From NCBI GenBank assembly GCA_030693235.1, contig JAUYBE010000006.1, positions 2,758 through 66,757 on the forward strand: a DNA stretch of 64,000 bases. Reading direction: 5' to 3'. Positions 35,931 through 45,683 of the stretch are shown here, in pieces. The position numbers were made by a program, and so were the translations under genes. The notes below the pieces were generated by a model, which saw nothing but the letters and a program-made list of their open reading frames with translations, had not been told where the DNA came from and made no database searches. Position 1 is the first letter of the stretch, and every line of letters begins with the position of its first letter. This DNA comes from a bacterium (GTDB lineage Bacteria; Patescibacteriota; Minisyncoccia; UBA6257; UBA9933).

Positions 35931-37568
35931 ATGGATTATTTAATAGGAGTAGAATGTAAGGTACGAGGATGTATTACACGAGGCGATTTTAATGACATTT
36001 GTCATTCTATTGAAAAAGATTGGGGGAGATTTGATGAGGGTTTTGAGTTGGTTATATTTTTTAAAAAAGATTATGATTTGCGCCTTAATATAAATAAAAA
36101 GGGTTGTATACTAAGCGCACAAAAAAATATTAATAAGAGGTGGGGGATAAAACAAAAAACAGAATTCTTATTTACTATAGACGAAGTCCCTAAAATTATT
36201 AATCTTCTTAATCAAATTGGATTTACAAAGGGTTTATTTTCTCCTTGTTATCGTTATGACGCAAGTAAATCAAATCGGTTCATTTCTTTTAAGTTTGATA
36301 CAAAAATCGGAGATTTATTTGAATTGGGCGAGGTAATAAATAATAAAAAGAGCTTTAGCGGGGTTTATCATAAACTTTTGAATTTAACCCACATTCATAC
36401 ATTAAATCCATGGGCACAAGAAATTTATAGAAAAATTATTAAAAATTCTTGGGAAGGGGCAGAAGAGGAATTTTTATTAATAAATAATAAATTGCATCCA
36501 TTAATTCAAAAAGCCATTAATAAATCAGAGTGTAAAAAAATAATATCACCCACAAATCAATCAATTTCTTCAATATTAAAAAATAAGTCCAATGATTATA
36601 CAAAATTAGAAAAAATATTTAAAAAATCAACAAAAACCGAATTATTAAACTGGAAACCGGGCTCTTTAAATAATTACAAAGAAACAGTTTCAATTATAAT
36701 CCCAACATTTAATTCGTTAAAAACATTGAAATTAACCCTCCATTCAGTAGAGGGGCAAAAAATTAATAGAAGTCAAAAAAAATATGTTGAAGTTATTGTT
36801 ATTGATGATGGATCAACCGATGGAACTGAAAAATTTTTAGAAAATAAAAATTTTTCATTCAAATTTAGATATATTAAACAAAATAATTTAGGGCGTGTTT
36901 ATGCTAGAAATCTTGGGGCATCAATAGCAATTGGAAATATTTTAATATTTATTGATGCAGATGTCATTCTTGATAAATATTTTCTCAATGAACATATTAG
37001 AAGACATCATTATTTAGATAATATTATTGTCGTTAGTTTTAAAGAAAACATATCGCCAAAAGAAAAATTAATAAAAGATGTTTTAAATGGAATCAATCTT
37101 CAAAGACCAAACATTACAAAGGATTTTAGATTCGAGAAAACGGTTCAAAAAGAATGGTTAAGAATGCATAGACACGTGAGAAATATAGAAGTGAGAAACA
37201 TAAAAATAATCAAAGAAACAAATAATTTTAAAGAGTTTGGAGAAGATCGCATATTGGGCGTTTGGGATTTGCCGGCAATGGTAGTTACTTGCGCTGTTTC
37301 ATTAAAAAGAAAAAGTTTTAAAAATATTGGTGGGTTTAACCTGCAATTTAAGGGGTGGGGGATGGAAGATACTTTCATGGGAGCTTGTTTAATCGCCAAT
37401 GGAGATTATGTAATCCCCTGTTTTTCGACAGGAGTTTTCCATATAAACCATACTGCTAAATCAAAATCTAAACAAAGTAAAATATCAGAATTTAATAGAA
37501 ATGTTCTTGTATATCTTGATCTTATTAATAAACCAATCTATGAGGTGTTTAAAGAAAGGTATTATTAA
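35931..37568 (+). CDS. Glycosyltransferase family 2 with a ~230-aa N-terminal extension (possibly CYTH-like)
   Basis: C-terminal GT2 motifs are 'VSIIIPTFNS', 'VIVIDDGSTDGT' and 'FIDADV'. The N-terminal region is unassigned; 'GVECKV...LRLNINKKG' only weakly resembles the CYTH ExExK/RxR strands. Confidence 0.55.
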   Translation: MDYLIGVECKVRGCITRGDFNDICHSIEKDWGRFDEGFELVIFFKKDYDLRLNINKKGCILSAQKNINKRWGIKQKTEFLFTIDEVPKIINLLNQIGFTKGLFSPCYRYDASKSNRFISFKFDTKIGDLFELGEVINNKKSFSGVYHKLLNLTHIHTLNPWAQEIYRKIIKNSWEGAEEEFLLINNKLHPLIQKAINKSECKKIISPTNQSISSILKNKSNDYTKLEKIFKKSTKTELLNWKPGSLNNYKETVSIIIPTFNSLKTLKLTLHSVEGQKINRSQKKYVEVIVIDDGSTDGTEKFLENKNFSFKFRYIKQNNLGRVYARNLGASIAIGNILIFIDADVILDKYFLNEHIRRHHYLDNIIVVSFKENISPKEKLIKDVLNGINLQRPNITKDFRFEKTVQKEWLRMHRHVRNIEVRNIKIIKETNNFKEFGEDRILGVWDLPAMVVTCAVSLKRKSFKNIGGFNLQFKGWGMEDTFMGACLIANGDYVIPCFSTGVFHINHTAKSKSKQSKISEFNRNVLVYLDLINKPIYEVFKERYY

Positions 37569-37576
37569 TTTAAAAT

Positions 37577-38002
37577 ATGGATTTTAATAAATTTATCAAA
37601 GACAAGAGCATAACAAATATAAATATAAATATAAATGTGGTTGCTCTCATAAGGCGCGATAATAAAATTTTAATGGGATTAAGAGAGTATAAAAAAGGAA
37701 ATCCTTTATGGACTTTTCCTGGCGGACGTTGCGAGGAGGGGGAAACAATTAAAGAGGCTCTTATTAGGGAAATTGAAGAGGAAATCGGTGCCACTAAATT
37801 TAATATCTTGCGTTTTATTGGAGAAAAATTAGGAGTTCATAATGGCGATAAAGTTTATTTTTTTGAATGCAGTATCAAGAATCAGGAACCAAAATTAATG
37901 GAACCTAAAAAATTTATTAAATGGAGTTGGATTTCTTTAGATAATTTACCACCTAATCTAATTGATCAAAATGATGTTAAATTTTTAAAATTATTACTCT
38001 AA
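37577..38002 (+). CDS. NUDIX hydrolase
   Basis: The Nudix box is 'GGRCEEGETIKEALIREIEEEIGA'. Confidence 0.7.
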   Translation: MDFNKFIKDKSITNINININVVALIRRDNKILMGLREYKKGNPLWTFPGGRCEEGETIKEALIREIEEEIGATKFNILRFIGEKLGVHNGDKVYFFECSIKNQEPKLMEPKKFIKWSWISLDNLPPNLIDQNDVKFLKLLL

Positions 38003-38037
38003 AACATCGTTTGGAATAATTAATGCGTGTGGACATT

Positions 38038-38215
38038 ACCACATGGTCTTGACATTTTCATAAATATTAGTATCATTGATAATAGTAGATTTGGTCTTTA
38101 AAAAATAACGGTTTTCAACCGTTTATATAAAGAGTGTGATGGGCGTTATGACTATAAAAACCAAAAGCTAATAGCCAACAGCTAAAAGCTAATAAAATGG
38201 AGGTGAAGATTAAAG
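38038..38215 (+). promoter_or_regulatory. Promoter/leader element, copy 2, ending in an abortive 'atgaattag' (M-N-stop)
   Basis: It is a duplicate of 33506-33670, but its start codon is followed immediately by TAG. The next real ORF begins 220 bp later at 38434. Confidence 0.5.
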
Positions 38216-38433
38216 ATGAATTAGAAAAATATCTTTAACAGTTTTTATCCTACCAAATTCCCTTCATTCCGGTTACTTATTTTACTATTGATTGCGACTT
38301 GCTCCGTTAGAATTTTGTAATAAAATCTTTAATGGGGTATAATTTAAAAAATTGGGGTTGATATAAAAAAGTGAGATGTTGGTCATATTTTTTTATAAAG
38401 AAGATTAATAAATTAAAAATTATTTAAAGGATT

Positions 38434-40029
38434 ATGGATTTAAAGTCTCAACAAAATAAACTTATAATTAATATTATTGATTATGATTTGGATAAAATGT
38501 GGCAAGCGCATCCTTTAATTAATCAGCTTAGAGCGCGATTGCATCAATTTTTGCCGAAAGGAGTATATGACCCGCAAGATTTAGAACATCAGGCATTGTT
38601 TAGATTAACCACTTTTGACCCCAAGGATATTACGGATGAGATTATTCAGCTTGTGATAGAAGAACAATTTTTAATAGTGCAAGACAGATTGAGTAAGTCG
38701 GATTTTGATTTGGAATATATATTTAGGGGATTAACGGGTAAATACCCGGACTTAAATATTAATAATAGGCTGGAATTATGCAAAGAAAATAATAAATTAG
38801 TGGCGAAGAGTGATAATCGATCGTTTATTGTGGAATTTAGAACAGTGCAGGACGATAATATTATTTCTTTATTTACGAATGAGTTGCATTATATTCATCA
38901 AGGCAGGCCAAAAGGAGAAACCTTTGCTTTTTATTTTGTCGGCGATAATATTCCATGGGCGATAGAAACAACCGAGCCGTCGGTGATATCAAAAGATTAT
39001 AAACGAGACGCCTTATTGGCTAATGGCGTTGATCCAAATAAAGCCGTTGAATTAACGCGTTTTTATACTTTGCCCGGCGCGCCGCTGAATGCGATTTCTT
39101 TGATGGATGGCCTTATATCAAAATATTATGAGTCAAAAGGAATTGAGGCGTTGTTTACAACCACAATGCCGATGTATTCAAAAACAAAAAGCGCTACCAT
39201 AGCCGGCGGCATAAATAAACCGCTTTTAGTTAAAGATTTACGCCATAAATTTATTCCGGAAAAAATTAAAGAGAAAATTTGTTACAGGCACACAACAACA
39301 ATTCCTGAACAACAAAAAGAAATTGATTTTATTACGACCCATCCAAATTTTCCCACCATGTTGGTTGTTGAAGTTTATAAATTGATTAGCGAACCAAGTT
39401 TGAAGCCGTTAAAGGTACTGGAAGATGGGAAAAAAGTTATTTATGTCAAACAACGCGACGTTAAGATTGAAAAAGAAATAAAATTTCTCGTAAAAGATGT
39501 TAATGCCGTTTTAGAAAAAATTAATAAAGAAAATATTACTAAATTTTCCAGAACAGAATATATACGAGATATTATTTACGGTTCTGCCGATGATAATCGC
39601 AAAATAAGATTGCGATTGGAAAATAATTTTGAAAACCTTTTAGTAGAAGCTGTTTATAAGCATAAAATTGATTACACCGATGATATTAAAGCAGAGGTGG
39701 AAGAAATAATATACAAAGGCGATCAAATAAAAAATGCTTTAAGTGCTATTAAACAACAAGGCGATTTTAAAGAAGAAAATTCTTACGAGAAAATCAGAGC
39801 GGTTTATTCGGGAGATAAAGTTGAAATCGTTTTGGATATTTATCCGTATGGCATTTGGCTGGAGATAGAAGGCGACCCGGAAAAAATATGGGAGGCGGCG
39901 GGGAAGTTGGGATATAAAAAAGAAGACGGTATAGTGTTAAATGCGGATGAGCTTTATTTGGAATGGAATAAAAAACAAGGACTTAAAGAATTTTGGGATG
40001 TAAGGTTTGGTTTGACCGGTGAAAAATGA
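38434..40029 (+). CDS. Large protein with a C-terminal CYTH (triphosphate tunnel metalloenzyme / CyaB-like) domain and an unassigned ~360-aa N-terminal region
   Basis: The C-terminal 'KIEKEIKFLVKD' is the ExExK start of CYTH. 'RKIRLRLEN', 'KAEVEEIIYKGD' and 'VEIVLDIYPYGIWLEIEGD' follow the CYTH strand pattern (RxR, ExE, E-x-E). Confidence 0.5.
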   Translation: MDLKSQQNKLIINIIDYDLDKMWQAHPLINQLRARLHQFLPKGVYDPQDLEHQALFRLTTFDPKDITDEIIQLVIEEQFLIVQDRLSKSDFDLEYIFRGLTGKYPDLNINNRLELCKENNKLVAKSDNRSFIVEFRTVQDDNIISLFTNELHYIHQGRPKGETFAFYFVGDNIPWAIETTEPSVISKDYKRDALLANGVDPNKAVELTRFYTLPGAPLNAISLMDGLISKYYESKGIEALFTTTMPMYSKTKSATIAGGINKPLLVKDLRHKFIPEKIKEKICYRHTTTIPEQQKEIDFITTHPNFPTMLVVEVYKLISEPSLKPLKVLEDGKKVIYVKQRDVKIEKEIKFLVKDVNAVLEKINKENITKFSRTEYIRDIIYGSADDNRKIRLRLENNFENLLVEAVYKHKIDYTDDIKAEVEEIIYKGDQIKNALSAIKQQGDFKEENSYEKIRAVYSGDKVEIVLDIYPYGIWLEIEGDPEKIWEAAGKLGYKKEDGIVLNADELYLEWNKKQGLKEFWDVRFGLTGEK

Positions 40030-40516
40030 AAATATGAAAAAGAATGATAAAAATTTCTATTTAACTAAGACGGAAATTCAAAAGATTAAAAAATCTAAAA
40101 CATTTTATGAATTGGTTATTATCGGACGCGGAATTCTTTATCGCATGAGTGATCCAATTTCGCAAGTTTGCGGTCCAATTTCTACTGGCGGAAACGGTTC
40201 GGTGGAAGAAAATCTTGGCACACTTGCTAAAGCAATAAAATTTCTGACAGAAAAAGAAATCAGCGTTTTTAATCAATTGCCGTTTGAAAAGACATTTGAT
40301 AAAATAATGAGAAATTATAAAACAAGCAGTTATGACACTCCTATTTTAGAAGAATTTTACGGGCCAGTATTTGAATCCGGAAAAATAAAAAACGTTTATT
40401 TTCTTCCGGGATGGAGAAAATCAGTAGGCGCCAGATGGGAATATAATTACGCAAAAAAATTGGGGATTAAAACTATTTTTTTACCCAAAAATTGGATTAA
40501 AAACTATAAAAAGTAA
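40019..40516 (+). CDS. Nucleoside 2-deoxyribosyltransferase-like / SLOG-superfamily Rossmannoid protein (tentative); overlaps the CYTH gene by 11 nt
   Basis: 'ELVIIGRGILYRMSDPISQVCGPISTGG...EEN' and the C-terminal 'LPGWRKSVGARWEYNYAKKLGIKTIF' resemble Nuc_deoxyrib_tr/DUF4406-type motifs. Confidence 0.4.
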   Translation: MKNENMKKNDKNFYLTKTEIQKIKKSKTFYELVIIGRGILYRMSDPISQVCGPISTGGNGSVEENLGTLAKAIKFLTEKEISVFNQLPFEKTFDKIMRNYKTSSYDTPILEEFYGPVFESGKIKNVYFLPGWRKSVGARWEYNYAKKLGIKTIFLPKNWIKNYKK

Positions 40517-40684
40517 AAAGTTATAAAGACAAAAACAAAGGGAGATAGTATTATCTCCCCTTTAATTTTATCGGTTCACTGTATTGTTTTAATATTTTTG
40601 GATTATAAACGATTTCTTTTCCATATTTGTTCCAGATTTTCTTCTTCTTTTTTAGCTCATCTTCAATAGATAAAATTATTTTTA

Positions 40685-41030
40685 TCACGTCGTTAAGTAT
40701 TTGGTTATTTTTTTTTGTTTTTTGTATTTAGCAGTTTCATAAAATTGTTGGAAAAATTTTGTTATTTGCTTTTTTTGTTTTTTAGCGCCGGTTGTTACGA
40801 ATAAATAGCGCAACAGCGAATTCCCTAAATAATTTTTTAAATCAAGCATTTTCTTTAATGGTTTCTGGTTTATTATTGCCGGCGCTAAAATTTCTTTCAG
40901 AAAATAAAGAGAAGTCGCCTCTATTATTTGGGAAAGCGGTTTTTTATATTGTTTTTCCATTATTTCAAACAGTACCATATGAGAAATCTCATGAGCGCTT
41001 ATAAAAAGAACATCGCTCTCTTTTTTATCA
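40685..41030 (-). other. Orphan open frame without a start codon containing 'SAHEISH' (HExxH) and a Lys-rich tail; possible fused/remnant fragment downstream of the lnt remnant
   Basis: The frame is open immediately after a TAA with no ATG/GTG/TTG before the HExxH motif. It is not Lnt-like. Confidence 0.25.
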
Positions 41031-41778
41031 AAGAGAGTTTTTAAAATTGATTAAAACGCTTGAATTATAGCGTTTGTTGTTTTCTCGCCGGTCGCCGGTT
41101 GCCAAAAGATTGGCATTTATTTCTTTGGCAAAATCGCGCCAAAATTTCAGGTCTGATTCCCGCGGCGAGTCATTAAAAATATCTTCCGGCAAAACTAAAA
41201 AATCAATTTTATTGTTTATTATTTCATTTTTGATTTTTTCCAAATCGGAATAATTAAAATTTTCGTTGGTTGAAACAGCGGCGATTTTAAAATAGTTTTC
41301 AAAATTTTTATAGGCTTCAGAATTTTTTTGAAGTTGGAAAATTGAAATTTGCCAGGCGCTAAACAATACTATGACTATGACTATGATGATGACAATCATT
41401 TTTCGGAGGTCAAACCTCTTAATATTTAAAATAATCGCTGCGATTAAAATATTTATCAAAGCTACAAAAAAAATAAGTGAGATTAATCCGCCAACAGAAG
41501 CCAGTCCTAAAAACGGCGATGAACCCAAAGAATTGCCGGCAGTTATGATGTAGGTCGGCAACAGGGAATACCTTGCTTGAAGATGGTCAAAAAATGTCCA
41601 GAGGAAAGGCAATGATATTAACAATAATCATTGACTATTGACAATTGACAACGGTAAAAATCGGATTAATCCGCGTTTAATGATGAAAACGGAAACCGGC
41701 AATCCCAAAAATCTAAAAAAAATTGAAAGGCAGAAACGCCAAAATTCCCAAAATTACCGAAAGAATGGGCAAGAACAT
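41028..41778 (-). pseudogene. lnt: Degraded apolipoprotein N-acyltransferase (Lnt)-like gene. The N-terminal piece is at 41713-41778, the central piece is ORF 41028-41624, and the C-terminal half of the CN-hydrolase domain is missing.
   Basis: The N-terminal fragment 'MFLPILSVILGILAFLPFNFF*' is Lnt-like (LAFxPF). It is separated from the central piece by a frameshift at an A8/T8 run (41715-41722) and an in-frame TGA (41631-41633). The central ORF has Lnt TM5-7 and the start of the CN-hydrolase domain ('KIAAVSTNE', 'FLVLPED', 'YNSSVLI') but stops after ~100 aa of the ~250-aa domain. Confidence 0.5.
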
Positions 41779-41800
41779 ATTTTTATTATAGAATATATTT

Positions 41801-43600
41801 ATGCCCAGAACAAAATTTTTACAATTAGCCGAGGTTTTTGAACGGCTGGAAAAAACAGCTTCCAGTTTGGCGATGATCGATATTTTAGCGGATTTTTTCC
41901 CGAAAATTTCGCCGGAAGAAGCGAAAATCAGCGCTTATCTTTTGCGGGGCGAGCTGGCTCCGGCTTACGAAAATTTGGAAATCGGTTTGGCCGACAAGAT
42001 GGTAGCGCGGGCGATTGCCAAGTCCGAAAATATCAAAGTTGAAAAGGTAAAACTTTTATATAATAAAACCGGCGATTTAGGATTGGTGGTTGTCTCCCTG
42101 CGGGAGATGTCCCGAAGGGACAAAAATTTAAAATTGAAATCTTCGGTCGTCCGACGACCGAATATTGATTTTTTGACGGTTAAAGAAGTTTTTGAAAAAC
42201 TGATTGAAATTGCCAGAATCGGCGGCGAGGGTTCGCAAGATAAAAAAATAAATCTTTTGGCTGATTTATTCTCAAAGACCTCCAATCTTGAGGCAAAATA
42301 TATTATTAGAACAATTCTGGGGACATTGCGATTGGGAGTAGGCGAAATGACTTTTCTTCAAGGATTGGCCAAAGCGTTCGGAGCGGGCAAAAAAGACAAA
42401 GAGATTTTGGAATACGCCTTTAACGTTTTGTCGGACTTGGGCGAAATAGCTTGTATAGTTTCCGAATCGGGAATTAAAAAAATTTCAGAAATTAAACCGA
42501 AAGTTGGAGCGCCGATCAGAGTAATGCTGTCCAACAGAATTCAGGAATTGGAAGAAATAAAAGATCATATTTCCGGCTTGGTTTCGGTTGAAGAAAAATA
42601 TGACGGCGAAAGAATTCAGGCGCACATAAAAAAAACCGGCGAAACTTCGCTGTTTTCCCGCCGGCAGGACAATATCACTCATCAATACCCCGACATTATT
42701 GATGGCTTAAAAAAATCTTTCGCAGGCAAGGAAGCGATCGTTGAGGGAGAAGTCGTGGCCTACAATGAAGCTAAGGGAAAATTGTTGCCGTTTCAGGTTT
42801 TGATGTCGCGGCGGCGGAAACATAATATTGAAGAATACGTCAAAAAAATTCCGGTTCGTTATTTTTTGTTTGATTTGCTTTATTTGGACGGCAAAAATTA
42901 TTTAAAACAGCCATTGAAAGAAAGAAGAGCGGTCTTGGAACGTTCTTTTTCCGATAAAGGCGGGAAGAAAATCAATCCGATTAATTTCGGCAGATACGCG
43001 ATTACGGACGATTTATCTGAAATTAAATCTTATTTCAACGATTCAATTAAGCGCGGAGCCGAAGGCGTGATGATTAAAGATTATTCCGGTATTTATCAAG
43101 CCGGTTCGCGCGGCTGGCTTTGGATTAAATTTAAAAAAGAATATCAGAAAGAATTAGCGGACAATTTTGATTTAGCGGTAATTGGCGGGCTTTACGGCGC
43201 CGGCCGTCGGGCAAAAACTTATGGTTCTCTTTTAGTCGCGGCCTATAATCCTATCACAAACAAATATTATTCTTTTACTAAGGTTGGCACCGGTTTTACT
43301 GATGAAAATCTGTCCCGATTAATGAAAATGTTTGAAAAATATAAATTAAAAGAAAAGCATAAATCGGTGGAAACAGGAATGAAACCCGATGTCTGGTTTG
43401 AGCCGAAAATCGTGATGGAGATTTCCGGCGCGGAGATAACAGTTTCGCCGATTCATACGGTGGCAAAAGACAAAATCAAGACCGGCGGCTTGGCTTTGAG
43501 ATTCCCGAAGTTTTTAAGATGGCGCGAAGATAAATCCGCCGAAAACGCCACCACGGTTGAAGAAATTTATAATATTTACAAAATGGGAGTGAAAAAGTAA
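41801..43600 (+). CDS. lig: ATP-dependent DNA ligase (archaeal/eukaryotic-type, LigB family)
   Basis: Motif I is 'EEKYDGERIQAH' (KxDG). The adenylation and OB domain layout fits, and the C-terminus is 'LRFPKFLRWREDK'. Confidence 0.85.
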   Translation: MPRTKFLQLAEVFERLEKTASSLAMIDILADFFPKISPEEAKISAYLLRGELAPAYENLEIGLADKMVARAIAKSENIKVEKVKLLYNKTGDLGLVVVSLREMSRRDKNLKLKSSVVRRPNIDFLTVKEVFEKLIEIARIGGEGSQDKKINLLADLFSKTSNLEAKYIIRTILGTLRLGVGEMTFLQGLAKAFGAGKKDKEILEYAFNVLSDLGEIACIVSESGIKKISEIKPKVGAPIRVMLSNRIQELEEIKDHISGLVSVEEKYDGERIQAHIKKTGETSLFSRRQDNITHQYPDIIDGLKKSFAGKEAIVEGEVVAYNEAKGKLLPFQVLMSRRRKHNIEEYVKKIPVRYFLFDLLYLDGKNYLKQPLKERRAVLERSFSDKGGKKINPINFGRYAITDDLSEIKSYFNDSIKRGAEGVMIKDYSGIYQAGSRGWLWIKFKKEYQKELADNFDLAVIGGLYGAGRRAKTYGSLLVAAYNPITNKYYSFTKVGTGFTDENLSRLMKMFEKYKLKEKHKSVETGMKPDVWFEPKIVMEISGAEITVSPIHTVAKDKIKTGGLALRFPKFLRWREDKSAENATTVEEIYNIYKMGVKK

Positions 43601-43821
43601 ATTTGGTTACGCTTACAAAACAAAAACTTCCCGTGAGCGTTTTAAATAAAATTTTAAGCGGATTTGATTTGGGCAAATTGAAAGAAATTAAGCCGTTTAT
43701 AGAAATAATAAATAAAGTTGCGATAAAAAATTTATAGTATTAAAATAAACAATATGCAGATTTTAAAGAATGGCGACTGGGTGGAGGTGAACGCGGAAAA
43801 GGGAATGGTAGGGTTTTTAAA

Positions 43822-44922
43822 ATGATTAAGTATGAAAAGAAAATTGAAGCCGGAATTGATTACAAAAAAGCTGTTTTTTGGGCCAGGGAATTTCGGATGC
43901 CTTTGTTTTGGATTGGCGATAAAGAGCGCAAAATCTTCCAAAAGAACAACCTGGTTTTATATAGAAATTCAGTGATTGTCATGTTTCATCTGAACGGGCG
44001 GGAAGTAGTTTGGGCGGAGGAGGGGCTTAATTATTTTTCCAGCTTCCAGAAGATTGAAGATTACGAAAAGAAAGTTAAGGAGTCGTTTTTAGCAATCGAT
44101 AAATTTCTGGCTGACCTGAAGAAAATAAACCCAAAAAAATTAAGCAACTCGGAGCTGGAGGCCTGGTTCGTCAAAACGCTAAAATTGCTGACCAATTTCA
44201 GCAATATTTATACTCGGACAGAACCCGCTTTTATGGCTGAGTTTGAGAAATTAAAATCAAATGAGAAGGCGATAAAAAAATTAGGTCAATTGCGATTTGC
44301 TTTGCGGGAAAAATGCGACCCGGTTTGGCAGGTTTTAATGGGTAAGATTTGCGGCCAAATCGCTCGAAAAGCTGGACGGCGAGGACTTGACCTTTTCTTT
44401 TATACAAAAGAAGAATTGATTGGGCTTTTAAAGGGGAAAGCAGTTTCGGAAAAAGTGATTAGCAATCGTCGGGGAGGATACGCTTTAATTTCTTTGGCTA
44501 ATGGAGAAAAAATATTAAAGACTGGCAATGGGTTCAGAAAAATTTACCGGTTACTCTTGACTCAACCAAAGAAAATAGTTGAAATTAAGGGACAGACGGC
44601 CTGCCAAGGCAAGGCCAGGGGTAGGGTTAGGATAATTTTGCACAATAAAAAAGATATTTCCAAGGATGTGGCCAGATTTAGACAAGGAGAGATTTTAGTT
44701 ACGGAAATGACCCGGCCGGATACTGTTATGGTTTGTCGCCAAGCCGCCGCCATAATCACTGATGAGGGAAGTATCACCAGTCACGCCGCCATAATTTCGC
44801 GCGAGCTGGGCATTCCCTGCGTGGTTGGCACCAGGCACGCAACGCAGATTTTAGAAACCGGCGATTGGGTAGAAGTGGATGCCACCAAGGGATTAGTGAA
44901 GATAATAAATAAGAATAGTTAA
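43822..44922 (+). CDS. Protein with a C-terminal PEP-utilising-enzyme mobile (swivel phosphohistidine) domain and an unassigned N-terminal region
   Basis: 'VTEMTRPDTVMVCRQAAAIITDEGSITSHAAIISRELGIPCVVG' is the PEP-utilizers signature with the phospho-His. Confidence 0.6.
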   Translation: MIKYEKKIEAGIDYKKAVFWAREFRMPLFWIGDKERKIFQKNNLVLYRNSVIVMFHLNGREVVWAEEGLNYFSSFQKIEDYEKKVKESFLAIDKFLADLKKINPKKLSNSELEAWFVKTLKLLTNFSNIYTRTEPAFMAEFEKLKSNEKAIKKLGQLRFALREKCDPVWQVLMGKICGQIARKAGRRGLDLFFYTKEELIGLLKGKAVSEKVISNRRGGYALISLANGEKILKTGNGFRKIYRLLLTQPKKIVEIKGQTACQGKARGRVRIILHNKKDISKDVARFRQGEILVTEMTRPDTVMVCRQAAAIITDEGSITSHAAIISRELGIPCVVGTRHATQILETGDWVEVDATKGLVKIINKNS

Positions 44923-44927
44923 AAATT

Positions 44928-45683
44928 ATGTCGGAAAAATTTAAGGAAATCATTGAAAAAAAGGAAAGCGTGCCGTTTGAAGCCGATATGCGGGTGGATT
45001 TTTTCCGTCATGGCAAGGTAAATTATACTGCGGAAGAATTAGCTTCCGCCAAATATGAAGGCCAGCTGGGAGATGTCGGCAGAAAGCAGGTAGAAGCAGG
45101 GGCGCAAAAATTAGCCCAATCAATTGATAGGGAGCGAGAGTTAGTCGTGCTTTGGGCCAGTCCCAGGCAAAGAGCTCAAGAGTCGGCCGAAATTATCGCT
45201 GAAATTTTAAAAGCAGAGAATATCGGCGTTATTCAGAAATTGGGTAAAAAAGATATCAGGAAAATAGGAGCTTTAAGAGATGTTGGCTTGAGCCCGGAAT
45301 TTATGAAGGCCAAAGGACCCGACCGGGATTGGATGGAATTTTGGGATAAAGCTGATAATTTGCCCGAGAGCACGGAAGCTCCCGAGAGTCTTAAAGAACG
45401 TTCATTGAGAATATTGGCTTACTTGGAAAAAATTTCCCGCTTGATTTCACCACCGGCTGATAAGAAATTACATTTTATTTGCGTGGGGCACGAGGAAAGC
45501 TTTAAAGAGTTGTTGAGCGAGGGTTTTGGTCAGGGCGTTGAAAAAGAGAGTCGGCCGGCCAATGCGGAAACCATGAGACTGGATATTTTTCATTCCGGCG
45601 CCAAGCCAGAATTTAGGTTAAAATATAGAGATGAGGAAGCAGATTTAAAATTTGATTCGGCCGAAAGAAAGATCTATAAATAA
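44928..45683 (+). CDS. Histidine phosphatase superfamily (PGAM branch) protein
   Basis: 'VDFFRHGK' (RHG) and the second His in 'FICVGHEESF'. It is tightly packed between the two PEP-synthase-like genes. Confidence 0.55.
   Translation: MSEKFKEIIEKKESVPFEADMRVDFFRHGKVNYTAEELASAKYEGQLGDVGRKQVEAGAQKLAQSIDRERELVVLWASPRQRAQESAEIIAEILKAENIGVIQKLGKKDIRKIGALRDVGLSPEFMKAKGPDRDWMEFWDKADNLPESTEAPESLKERSLRILAYLEKISRLISPPADKKLHFICVGHEESFKELLSEGFGQGVEKESRPANAETMRLDIFHSGAKPEFRLKYRDEEADLKFDSAERKIYK

Noticed and set aside
41028-41633. UGA recoded as a sense codon (genetic code 25) to explain the in-frame TGA in lnt
   Set aside because: All long conserved genes (ATPase 901 aa, hsdR 790 aa, PBP, ligase) are uninterrupted under the standard code, and almost every gene ends in TAA/TAG. 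A genome using UGA-Gly would show many TGA-split ORFs.
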